Below, piece after piece: positions 1 to 10,247 of a stretch of DNA of 64,000 bases. Under the pieces are notes generated by a model, which was not told where the DNA came from, searched no databases, and worked only from the letters and a program-made list of their open reading frames with translations. A program made the translations under genes and the position numbers. The DNA lies in NCBI RefSeq assembly GCF_016717175.1, contig NZ_JADKFZ010000003.1, one strand, 5' to 3'. The first letter of the stretch is position 1, and each line of letters opens with the position of its first letter. The stretch comes from Nannocystis sp. (lineage in GTDB: Bacteria; Myxococcota_A; Polyangia; Nannocystales; Nannocystaceae).

Positions 1-722
1 TCTCGCTCGCCGAGGCCCGCAGCTTCCTGCGCGGCCCCTACCGGCGCGTCGGCGCCGCGATCGATCTCCCGCTGGAGGCCGGCGGGACCCAGCCACTGCC
101 CTTCGCCGCGCTCGTGCCCGTCGCCCCCGGCGCGCCCGGTCGGGTGCTGGTGGCCACCGCCGCCGGGGTCAGCAGCGCCCGCGCCGACGACCTACGCTTC
201 GCCGACAGCCCGCGTCCGCTGACCCGCCGCGCCGTGCTCGAGGAGGCCTTCGCCTACCTCGGCGAGCGCTACGGCTGGGGCGACCGCAACGGCGGTCGCG
301 ACTGCTCGCGCTACCTCATGGACCTGTTCGCCGGCCTCGGCGTGCTGCTCCCGCGGCACACCAGCGACCAGGCGATCGCGGGCTCCTACACCGTCGAGGT
401 CGCCCCCGGCCTGCCCGAGGCCGATCGCCTGCAGCTGCTCGACACCCACCACCGCCGCGGCGTGCTGCTGCTGCACTTCCCGGGGCACATCATGCTGTAC
501 CTCGGTCGCAACGCCGAGGGCACGCCGATGGTGATCCACTCCTTCGCCGAGTATCTGATCCCCTGCGAGGGTCGCCGCGACGGCGCCCCTGCAGGCGAGC
601 GCGAGACCCTGCTCAAGGTCGACGGTGTCCACGTCAGCGACCTCGAACTCGGGCGTGGGACCTCGCGCACGGCCTTCATCCAGCGCATCACGAAAATCAC
701 CGTGCTCGGCCCCAACCGCTGA
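1..722 (+). CDS. NlpC/P60 family peptidase (C40), 5'-partial at window edge
   Basis: The reading frame is open from the window start, and the track ORF at 114..722 is only its downstream part. NlpC/P60 hallmarks are present: GWGDRNGGRDCSRYLMDLFAGLGV (catalytic Cys) and HIMLYLG (His). Confidence 0.7.
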   Translation, partial: SLAEARSFLRGPYRRVGAAIDLPLEAGGTQPLPFAALVPVAPGAPGRVLVATAAGVSSARADDLRFADSPRPLTRRAVLEEAFAYLGERYGWGDRNGGRDCSRYLMDLFAGLGVLLPRHTSDQAIAGSYTVEVAPGLPEADRLQLLDTHHRRGVLLLHFPGHIMLYLGRNAEGTPMVIHSFAEYLIPCEGRRDGAPAGERETLLKVDGVHVSDLELGRGTSRTAFIQRITKITVLGPNR

Positions 723-747
723 GGCGCCGCGTTAGAGTGCGGCTCCT

Positions 748-1470
748 ATGCGCGGCCCCTCCACCAACGCCGACCCGACCCTCGACGCGCTCCTCGACGA
801 AGTCTATGGCGCCGCCGAGGACGACCCCGACGCCGCCCTGACGATGCTCGTCGACGCGGAGGCGAGCTGGCCCGACCACCCCGAGCTGTTGTTCGCGCGC
901 GGCGAGCTCGAGTGGACGCTGCACGGACCCGAGGCCGCCGAGTCGCACTACCGCCGCGCGGTCGAGCTCGCGCCCGAATTCGCCGACGCCCGCTACGCCC
1001 TCGGCGAGGTCCTCGGTCTGCTCGGCGAGGAGCAGGCGATGATCGCCGAGAACCTCGCGGTCCGCCGCCTCGACATCCAGGCCGACCTCGGCGACGGCGT
1101 CGGCACCCGCGAGGACCAGCGCTTCATCGCCCAGGTCGCCGAGGACGTGCTCGCCGCGATCCCCGAGGAGTTCCGCGACCGCCTGCAAAACGTTCCGGTC
1201 GTGCTCGAGGCCCGCCCCGGCGAGCCGCTGGTGCTCGAGGGCTTCGACCCGCGCGCGCTCGGCCTCTTCGAGGGCCAGGGCGACCTCGGCCAGCACAGCA
1301 ACGCCACCCACGACGCGCCGACCCGGATCGTCCTCTTCTACGCCAACCTCCTCGCCAGCTTCCCCGACGAGGACGCCCTCCGCGAGGAGATCGAGGTGAC
1401 GATCCTGCACGAGATCGGCCACTTCTTCGGCCTCGACGAGGACGACATGGAGCGGCTCGGCCTCGAGTGA
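748..1470 (+). CDS. TPR-containing zincin-like metallopeptidase family protein
   Basis: C-terminal HEIGHFFGLDEDDMERLGL motif typical of the metallopeptidase-family (HExxH) proteins, preceded by a TPR-like N-terminus. Confidence 0.65.
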   Translation: MRGPSTNADPTLDALLDEVYGAAEDDPDAALTMLVDAEASWPDHPELLFARGELEWTLHGPEAAESHYRRAVELAPEFADARYALGEVLGLLGEEQAMIAENLAVRRLDIQADLGDGVGTREDQRFIAQVAEDVLAAIPEEFRDRLQNVPVVLEARPGEPLVLEGFDPRALGLFEGQGDLGQHSNATHDAPTRIVLFYANLLASFPDEDALREEIEVTILHEIGHFFGLDEDDMERLGLE

Positions 1471-1552
1471 GTCGCCCCGCGATCAAGCCGCCGCGAACGT
1501 CGGGCAGAAAAGATTGACCCGCCGCGCGACATGGTTCTTAGTGGGCCCTCGC

Positions 1553-2191
1553 ATGCTCCCACGCCGCCTCACCCTCGTATTCGTCCTCGTGCCCACACTC
1601 GCTGGGCTCACTGGGCTCGCTGGGCTCGCTGCGCCAGGCTGTGGTGGCGACGGCGGCTCAAGTGAGAGCGCCGACTCGAGCGGATCGAGCGCCGCGAGCG
1701 ATCCCACGGGTGGCCCGACCGCGCTCGACTGCAAGAGCTACTGCGCCACCATGACCAACAACTGCACCGCAGGCAACGCCCAGTACGCCAGCATCCAGCA
1801 GTGCCAGAGCACCTGCGCCGCCTTCGAGCTCGGCAGCGAGTCCGACCGCGACGGCAACACCCTCGGCTGCCGCGTCTACCACGCCGACGTCGCCGCGGGC
1901 GACCCCGACATGCACTGCACCCACGCCGGCCCCGGCGGCGCCGGTCAGTGCGGCAGCAATTGCGAGGGGTTCTGCACGATCGCCGCCCTGGCCTGCCCGG
2001 GGAGCTTCGCCGACGACGCCGCGTGCATGACCGCCTGCGCCGGGTTCAACGACAGCGAGCCCTACGACGCCGGCGACAAGGCCGGCGACTCGCTGGCCTG
2101 CCGCCTCTATCACCTCACGGTCGCCACCGAGGAGCCGGCCATGCACTGCCCGCACATCCTCCCCGACTCGCTGCCCTGCGGCGGCGCCTGA
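1553..2191 (+). CDS. secreted cysteine-rich protein with internal duplication
   Basis: Signal-peptide-like N-terminus (MLPRRLTLVFVLVPTLAGL...). Two copies of a Cys-rich module, each ending in LxCR(V/L)YH...HCxH. The in-frame ATG at 1553 is preferred over the upstream GTG. Confidence 0.55.
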   Translation: MLPRRLTLVFVLVPTLAGLTGLAGLAAPGCGGDGGSSESADSSGSSAASDPTGGPTALDCKSYCATMTNNCTAGNAQYASIQQCQSTCAAFELGSESDRDGNTLGCRVYHADVAAGDPDMHCTHAGPGGAGQCGSNCEGFCTIAALACPGSFADDAACMTACAGFNDSEPYDAGDKAGDSLACRLYHLTVATEEPAMHCPHILPDSLPCGGA

Positions 2192-2371
2192 GCCCCGCTG
2201 GCGCGAAAGCATGGCGTCTTGACAAGAAGCGCCGCGGCTTCGATCGTGATCGTCGGGTCAGCGCGTCGATCCTGAAGACGCGCTCCCGCGGTTCGCCCGC
2301 GAGCTCATACGGGCCTCCTGGACTGCGCGGTGGCCCGCCGCGCGCGCCACGGTCGGCGCGGTCACCACGCC

Positions 2372-3262
2372 ATGACCCGCCGCCTCGCCACGCTCCTCGT
2401 CCTGCCGCTCGCCGGCTGCTTCGTCGATCCCGGTCGCCACGGCAGCGACGGCGCCAGCGCGAGCGGACCCGGGAGCAGCGGCGCTGACGACACCAGCGGG
2501 CCGGTCCTCACCAGCACCGGCGAGCTCGAGACCAGCACCGGCATCACCCCCATCTCGACCTCCGGCGTCGATCCCACGAGCTCGGCGAGCGACCCGTCGG
2601 CGAGTGACCCATCGGCGAGCGACCCGTCGGCGAGCGACCCGACCATGACCGCGACCACGCTCCCGCCCGCGCACTGCGGTGACGGCGTCGTCGACCCCGG
2701 CGAGGGCTGCGACGACGGCAACAACCTCGACGCCGACGCCTGCCTCGCCAATTGCCAGCCAGCCAGCTGCAGCGACGGCGTCCAGAGCCAGAGCGAGAGC
2801 GACGTCGACTGCGGCGGCCCCTGCTCGTCGTGCGGCAGCTGCCACCTGTGCGGCGGCGACGGCGACTGCGAGGGCGGCCTCGTCTGCGACGGGGCCCGCT
2901 GCGTCGCCGCCGCCAAGCTGAGCGTCGACTGGGTCACGCACTGCGGCGTCGACAGCAGCAATTGGTACGTCGGTCCAGCGCTGCCAGCCGGGCCCTACCG
3001 CGTCCTCGCGCTGGGCGGCGGCGGGACCAACTTCGTCCAGGGCTCCAACTACGCGTGGCAGGTCGCCTGCGAGGGCATCGACCTCACCGCCCTGGACTCC
3101 GGCTACGGCCACGCCTCGCCCGACGAGGCCTTCAACGCGCTGCCGGTCAAGCAGATCGTCCGCGACTACGCGGGCGGTCCCCTGCGCTGCGGCATCATCG
3201 ACGACCCCTGCGACGACAACGCCGGGAGCGTCGAATTCACCTTCACCCTCGACTGCCCGTAA
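2372..3262 (+). CDS. lipoprotein with Myxococcus cysteine-rich repeat
   Basis: Lipobox LPLAGC. Four SASDP repeats. CGDGVVDPGEGCDDGNNLDADACLANCQ matches the Myxococcus cysteine-rich repeat signature. Confidence 0.65.
   Translation: MTRRLATLLVLPLAGCFVDPGRHGSDGASASGPGSSGADDTSGPVLTSTGELETSTGITPISTSGVDPTSSASDPSASDPSASDPSASDPTMTATTLPPAHCGDGVVDPGEGCDDGNNLDADACLANCQPASCSDGVQSQSESDVDCGGPCSSCGSCHLCGGDGDCEGGLVCDGARCVAAAKLSVDWVTHCGVDSSNWYVGPALPAGPYRVLALGGGGTNFVQGSNYAWQVACEGIDLTALDSGYGHASPDEAFNALPVKQIVRDYAGGPLRCGIIDDPCDDNAGSVEFTFTLDCP
2586..2640 (+). repeat. 12-bp tandem repeat x4 (encodes SASDP)
   Basis: gcgagcgacccgtcggcgagtgacccatcggcgagcgacccgtcggcgagcgaccc, seen directly in the sequence. Confidence 0.8.
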
Positions 3263-3345
3263 TTGCGAGAAGGCCAGGTCCCGGGTGGGGCCTGGCCTTT
3301 GGAGCCTGGCCTTTGGGGCCTGGCCTTTGGGTCATGTCCTTCGGG

Positions 3346-5610
3346 TCAGCCGCGGGCGCCCGGCCAGGCCGCGGGCGCGGCGACCGGGTCGCGGCGCACG
3401 GGGTTGCGCGGCCGCTCGTAGCGCGAGCAGAACTTGTCCCACAGGCCGAGCACGCGGTTGGCCTCGGGGTCGCTGAGGCCCTGGGCCAGCGCGCTCAGCT
3501 CGCCGCGCCCGGTGTCGCAGGCCTGCCAGCCCTCGGGATCGTCCCACGAGCCCTCGACCATGCCGCGACCGGAGGGCTGCGGGCGCTGGGCGAGCAGCGC
3601 CAGGCGGTCGGCCCAGCCGATCAACAGGCGCCCCTTGCGGACGTTGAACGCGTCCTCCTGCAGCGCCTCCCCGAGCGTGAAGGCCTGCTCCTCGACCATC
3701 TGCGTGCCGGTCTCCGGGTCCTCGTACTCGATCGTCAGCATGATCTGGTCCTGCGGGCGCAGCTTGCCGCCGCGGGCCATCAGGTCGGAGAGGAACAGCT
3801 GCGAGGTGTTGGCGAAGTAGTGGATCGCCTGCACGTCCTCCTTCACCACCGAGCTCTCCTCGCCGTAGAACACGTTCATGCGCAGCGAGGGCGGCAGGTG
3901 CAGCTGGAAGTGCACGTCCATCGCCGTGGTCTCGAGCAGCGAGATGAAACGCGCGCCGAACACCGCGTCGACCTCCGCCTCCGAGCCGAGGAACACGTAG
4001 GCCCCCTTGCCGCGCTCGGTCAGCTTGTCGAGCAGCGCGTCGTTGAACTCGCGGCCGACGCCGACGCCCGACAGGCGGATCTTCCGCGAATCGTAGTACT
4101 TCGAGATCATCGACATCGTCCGCGGGTCGGTGTCGCCGGTGTTGGCCAGCGCGTCGGTCACCAGGACCACGCGGTTGTTGTAGGTCGGCTGGTACGACGA
4201 GTCGGCCAGCGCGTAGCCCTTGCTGAGCCCGAGGTGCACGTCGGTCGAGCCGCGCGGCTTCATCTTGTCGATCGCCTTCTGCAAGATCTCCGGCTTGTCG
4301 CGCCCGACGACGAAGTTCTCGATCGGGGTGCACTCCTCGTGGTCAAACAGCACCACGTTGACCAGGTCCCCGGTCTTGAGCTGCGAGGTCATCTTGGTCA
4401 TGCCGCGCTTCAGGTAGTCCATGCGACCCTCGTCCGACATCGAGCCCGAGCGGTCGACCACGAAGGTGAGGTTGGCGTTGCGCCGCGCCTGCAGATCGAC
4501 CGGCCGGCCCTTGATCGCCAGCGCCAGGTTGTAGATGCCCGCCTGGTTCGGATCCGGGGCGATGTCCGCCAGCACCGAGAAGTCGTCCTGCGGGGCCACC
4601 GGGGCGGTCTGGAACGAGAAGTAGTTGAGCAGCTCGTGCGGCCGGATGTGCTCGACCGGCAGCGGCAAGAACTTCTCGATCGCGAAGATCACCCGCTGCG
4701 CCGACGACAGGCTCATCGTGTCGTCGTTGCTGAGGTAGATCGCTTGACCCCAGTCCTTGTACTGCTCGCGCGGGTCGTCGAGCTGGACCGGCTTCATCTC
4801 CTCGTCCGCGGCGATGTCCATCGGCGCCGAGGCCGAGGCCGGCTCCTGCGCCGCCTCGCCGGCGGACGGGCGGTTACTCGCCTCCCTCGCTTCCTTCTTG
4901 GCCAGACGATCGGCCTTGCGCTCGGCGCTGCGCTCCGACAGCGAGGTCTTGTCCGCCGGCCGCGGGGGCGCCGGGGACGTGGCAACCGGCGCGCTCATCG
5001 GCGAAGACATCCCCGCCGACACCTCGGCGGCGGGCGCTGGCCCCGACGCGCGGCCCTTGCCCGCGCTGTCGCCGTCGCTGGCGTCCTTCCTCGGCGGCGC
5101 CGCCGGCTTGTTCGGCGCTGGCGCCCGGGTCGCGGGGTCCGGAGCGCTGGCGCCGTAGCCCTGACTGGACCCGCCGAGCACGCCGCCGCTGCTGCCGGTC
5201 GGCTGGATCGCCGTCGACCCGCCGGCCGAGCCGTACTGAACCTTCTTGTACTTCCCCTGGTAGCCCGTCGGCGGCTTCGGCTTCGGCGTCGGCTGGCGCG
5301 GCCCGCTGGCGATCGGCTGCGGGTGCTCGCCGCCGTAGCAGCGGTCGATGTGGTTGACGAGCTTGGGCAGCGCGTTCAGGTTCGGCGCGGGCGGATCGAC
5401 GCGCGTGTGCGCCGGGTGCGGCCGCGGTGAGAACAGGTGCGGCGGCGCCTCGTAGGCGCCCTGGCCCTGGACCAGCAGGGCCCCGTTGCCGCCGCCCTGG
5501 CCCGGATCGACGGTGCCGCCGATCGGCGTGACGGTCGAGCCGGTGCGGCAGCCGACGAAGCACAGGGGCAGCGACAGCAGGATCCACTTCGCAATAGACG
5601 GGGCGTTCAT
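3346..5610 (-). CDS. VWA-domain lipoprotein (YfbK-like)
   Basis: Start reassigned to MNAPSIAKWILLSLPLCFVGC (lipobox), with GGAG 8 nt upstream. MIDAS motif DRSGSMSDEGR. Long Pro/Ala-rich low-complexity N-region. C-terminal DUF3520-like tail. Confidence 0.7.
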   Translation of the reverse strand: MNAPSIAKWILLSLPLCFVGCRTGSTVTPIGGTVDPGQGGGNGALLVQGQGAYEAPPHLFSPRPHPAHTRVDPPAPNLNALPKLVNHIDRCYGGEHPQPIASGPRQPTPKPKPPTGYQGKYKKVQYGSAGGSTAIQPTGSSGGVLGGSSQGYGASAPDPATRAPAPNKPAAPPRKDASDGDSAGKGRASGPAPAAEVSAGMSSPMSAPVATSPAPPRPADKTSLSERSAERKADRLAKKEAREASNRPSAGEAAQEPASASAPMDIAADEEMKPVQLDDPREQYKDWGQAIYLSNDDTMSLSSAQRVIFAIEKFLPLPVEHIRPHELLNYFSFQTAPVAPQDDFSVLADIAPDPNQAGIYNLALAIKGRPVDLQARRNANLTFVVDRSGSMSDEGRMDYLKRGMTKMTSQLKTGDLVNVVLFDHEECTPIENFVVGRDKPEILQKAIDKMKPRGSTDVHLGLSKGYALADSSYQPTYNNRVVLVTDALANTGDTDPRTMSMISKYYDSRKIRLSGVGVGREFNDALLDKLTERGKGAYVFLGSEAEVDAVFGARFISLLETTAMDVHFQLHLPPSLRMNVFYGEESSVVKEDVQAIHYFANTSQLFLSDLMARGGKLRPQDQIMLTIEYEDPETGTQMVEEQAFTLGEALQEDAFNVRKGRLLIGWADRLALLAQRPQPSGRGMVEGSWDDPEGWQACDTGRGELSALAQGLSDPEANRVLGLWDKFCSRYERPRNPVRRDPVAAPAAWPGARG

Positions 5611-5940
5611 CGTTGTCTCCTCGAGCCTTCTTTGCAGCAGGGACCGAGCATGGCACAGATCGTCGGCCGTCTCGGCCGCGATCGCCGGGGTCCCCGGGCG
5701 CCCCTGGAACGACGCCCCGAGCCCCGACCTTTCGCCCACCCGAGAAATTTGTCCACGGCCCGCGGAGACCGCCATAAACGGTGTTCTGATGGCCCCGGCG
5801 CTCGCCGGTGCCCGCCGCTCGCGCGCCACCACCTGCGCGCGCCCGCTCGCCTGGCTGTCAGGACATGCTCTCGCGGACACCCACTCGCGCTCGCACGCCC
5901 GCAAAGCACTCGCACAGCACCTGTACTGAAGCCGGTGATG

Positions 5941-5975
5941 GCATGTCCCAAAGGACATGTCCATCGGGACATGCA
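5941..5975. promoter_or_regulatory. triple GGACAT/ATGTCC half-site palindrome cluster in divergent intergenic region
   Basis: gcATGTCCCAAAGGACATGTCCATCGGGACATGc. It lies between the minus-strand VWA gene start (5610) and the plus-strand membrane protein start (~6093). Confidence 0.45.
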
Positions 5976-6092
5976 GCAGCGCATCGGCACGGTGACCGAC
6001 GAGGTCGATCAGGGCCCAGTACTGCGCGCATGTCAAGCCGTGGGGCCCGGCGGTCCGGCGGACCTGGCCCGCGGACTTGGCCCGCGCCGGGC

Positions 6093-7304
6093 GTGGGTGC
6101 GACAATCACGGCGGTGGACTCGCTGCTCCTCGTCGTCGCCGAACTGGTGGCGGTGCCGCGTCTCGTCGCGGCCGTGCTGTTGCTCGCGATCGGCGGCGGC
6201 ACGCTGCTCGTGCTCGGGCAGTGGACCTTCGGGCGGCGCCTGCGGGCCCGCCTGCAGCGCTGGTGGCGGCGTCTGCTGTGGGCCACCGTCGGCGGCCTCG
6301 GTGCGCTCCTGCTCGGGCTCCTGCTGATCGACCTCCTGCTGTTCGCGCCGGCCCTGCGCATCGCCCTCGACCAGGTCGAGCTGCGATCGGGCGTCGACGT
6401 CAGCTTCCAGCGCGCGCGCGGCAGCCTGTTCACCGGACGCCTCGAGCTCGAGGACGTGAGCGTGCGCCGCAGCGGCCGCGGCCTCGACTTCTCGCTCACG
6501 GTCCGCGAGCTCGTCGTCGACGTCGACATGCTCGGCCTCCTCCGCGACGAGCTGCCGATCGCCGAGCTGCGGGTGGCCGGGGTGCGCGGCTCGCTGGTAC
6601 GGCGGGAGGAGGGCGCCCCGGGTCCGGCGCGGCGCTTTGCGATCGCCAGCCTCGACCTCCGCGACGTCCAGCTCGACTTCGAGGACACGATCACCGCGCC
6701 GTTCCGCAATCTCCCGCTCGAGTTCGAGGTGCTGCAGATAAGCCCCCTGCGCAGCGACTACGCCATGCTCGACGTGGTGTGCGGCAGCGAGGCCCGCGGC
6801 AGCGCCCGCGGCCACCGCTTCAGCGCCGGCGGCCACGCCTGGCAGGCCCGCGGGATCCCGGTCGGCCCCGCCGCGCACAAGCTCGGCGCCGCCGGGCGCT
6901 GGATCCGGGGTGGTGACCTCGACGTGACCCTGCGCTGCGCCGGCGACCGCGACGCCGCCGAGCTCTCCCTCGCCGTCGACCTCCGCCTGCACAACTTCAA
7001 GATCGCCCCGCCCGGCGACAGCGATCGCAGCCTGCCCGTCAGCCGAATCACCGATGCCCTCACCCGCCTGGGCCCCGAGATCCAGTTTCACTTCAGCTTC
7101 TCGCTCCCGCGCGAGCGCTTTCACGGCGCCAGCAACGTCGGCAGCCTCGGCCTGTGGGAGGGCGCGATCCAGGCCTGGAACCTCGAGCTCGGGACTCGCC
7201 TCGGCCTCGGCGGCGACGACCTGCGCATGCTCGGCGTCGGCTCGCGCGTGCTGGACCGATTGCGACAGGACGGTCGACCCGCGCCCGATCGGCGGCGTGA
7301 TTGA
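6093..7304 (+). CDS. membrane protein of unknown function
   Basis: Two strongly hydrophobic helices near the N-terminus (LLLVVAELVAVPRLVAAVLLLAIGGG and LWATVGGLGALLLGLLLIDLLLF), followed by a soluble domain. The start (GTG 6093) is uncertain. Confidence 0.5.
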   Translation: MGATITAVDSLLLVVAELVAVPRLVAAVLLLAIGGGTLLVLGQWTFGRRLRARLQRWWRRLLWATVGGLGALLLGLLLIDLLLFAPALRIALDQVELRSGVDVSFQRARGSLFTGRLELEDVSVRRSGRGLDFSLTVRELVVDVDMLGLLRDELPIAELRVAGVRGSLVRREEGAPGPARRFAIASLDLRDVQLDFEDTITAPFRNLPLEFEVLQISPLRSDYAMLDVVCGSEARGSARGHRFSAGGHAWQARGIPVGPAAHKLGAAGRWIRGGDLDVTLRCAGDRDAAELSLAVDLRLHNFKIAPPGDSDRSLPVSRITDALTRLGPEIQFHFSFSLPRERFHGASNVGSLGLWEGAIQAWNLELGTRLGLGGDDLRMLGVGSRVLDRLRQDGRPAPDRRRD

Positions 7305-7336
7305 CCCGTCGTCGCGCATTTGCAAGGATCGGCCGC

Positions 7337-8140
7337 ATGCTTGGCCTACGTATCAGCCGCCTCGTCCACGCCACGCTCGCGGGCGGCGGCCTCGCCCTCA
7401 CCACCGGCTGTCCCAGCGGCGGGCAGGACACCGACACCGACACGGACACCGATAGCACCGGCACCGACGGCGACAGCGACGATCCCACCACGACCGTCAC
7501 GCCGACCACCGACCCGCCGCCGCCACCTCCTCCGCCGGTCGACGTCACGCCGCCGCAGCTGATCGCCGTCGAGTTCATCGACCCGCAGATCCTCCGCCTC
7601 ACCTTCACCGAGGCGATCGCCCCGGTCGACGACGTGAACCCCAAGCGCTTCCGCCTCAGCGTCGGTCGCTACCAGAAGAACGATTACTACGACGACTATC
7701 GGCGCACGATCTATAGCGACCCGGAGCAGTACAACCACCAGCAGTACTGCAAGGAGGTCTGCTACGACTACGGTTACTGCTACTACCAGTGTTACTACGG
7801 GCCCACGCTCGAGCTCGATCCCCTCGACGTCCTCGCCGACGCCTACAACCCGGCCCAGGTCGTGCTGCTGCTCACCCAGCCGGCCACTCCCAACCTGTGC
7901 AACTTGATCAACGCGATCAGCGGCGACCCGGAGCGCCCCGCCGGCCTCCTGCTGCACTACGCGGACGGCGGCGCCGCCCAGATCACCGACCTCGTCGGCA
8001 TCCCGCTCGCCAGCTTCGGCGCGAGCTGGGTGAAGGAGGGCAACAACCCCTTCATGTACGTCGACGACCTCAAGTTCCCCGAGCTCAACCCCTTCCTGCC
8101 GATCCCCTGCCCGTTCGAGATGCCCGTGCCTCCGCCCTGA
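7337..8140 (+). CDS. lipoprotein, unknown function
   Basis: ATG at 7337 with AAGGA 8 nt upstream. Lipobox LTTGC. Segments include (DT)n, a poly-Pro run, and a Tyr/Cys-rich stretch. Confidence 0.6.
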   Translation: MLGLRISRLVHATLAGGGLALTTGCPSGGQDTDTDTDTDSTGTDGDSDDPTTTVTPTTDPPPPPPPPVDVTPPQLIAVEFIDPQILRLTFTEAIAPVDDVNPKRFRLSVGRYQKNDYYDDYRRTIYSDPEQYNHQQYCKEVCYDYGYCYYQCYYGPTLELDPLDVLADAYNPAQVVLLLTQPATPNLCNLINAISGDPERPAGLLLHYADGGAAQITDLVGIPLASFGASWVKEGNNPFMYVDDLKFPELNPFLPIPCPFEMPVPPP

Positions 8141-8201
8141 GCTCGGCCGCCCGCGCAGCTTGCGCGAGCGCGCGCCGACAGGCTGACCTTTCGGACAGGT
8201 T

Positions 8202-10001
<1,800 letters not shown>

Positions 10002-10012
10002 GCTGCACCCAA

Positions 10013-10049
10013 GGACATGTTCCAAGGGGCATGTCCCAAGGACCATGCC
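10013..10049. repeat. GGACATGTYCC-type hairpin repeat pair immediately downstream of the kinase stop
   Basis: aaGGACATGTTCCaaggGGCATGTCCCaaGGACCATGCC. Confidence 0.45.
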
Positions 10050-10247
10050 TCGCGCGCAGGCGCGCTCACGGCCGCGGCGGAGCACGCGCTCGCGCGCTGG
10101 CACAATCGCCGCACCGCGGGCCATTGCGCGCCGGGCCTACCTCCACGCCTGTGACAGCACACGCTCCCCCCGCAGATCCCTGCTAGCGAGGCGGCCGCGA
10201 CTCGGTTCTACTGGGGGCCGTTCCTGCGAACGAGTGCGAGGTTGGTC

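Noticed and set aside
2752-5430. 892-aa plus-strand ORF
   Set aside because: Low-complexity Arg/Ala/Leu translation of the antisense strand of the VWA gene. It has no domain signal and overlaps two supported genes.
5437-6327. ORFs within the 5611-6092 divergent intergenic region
   Set aside because: No RBS or start context, and compositionally biased. The region is better explained as a promoter/operator region containing the GGACAT palindromes.
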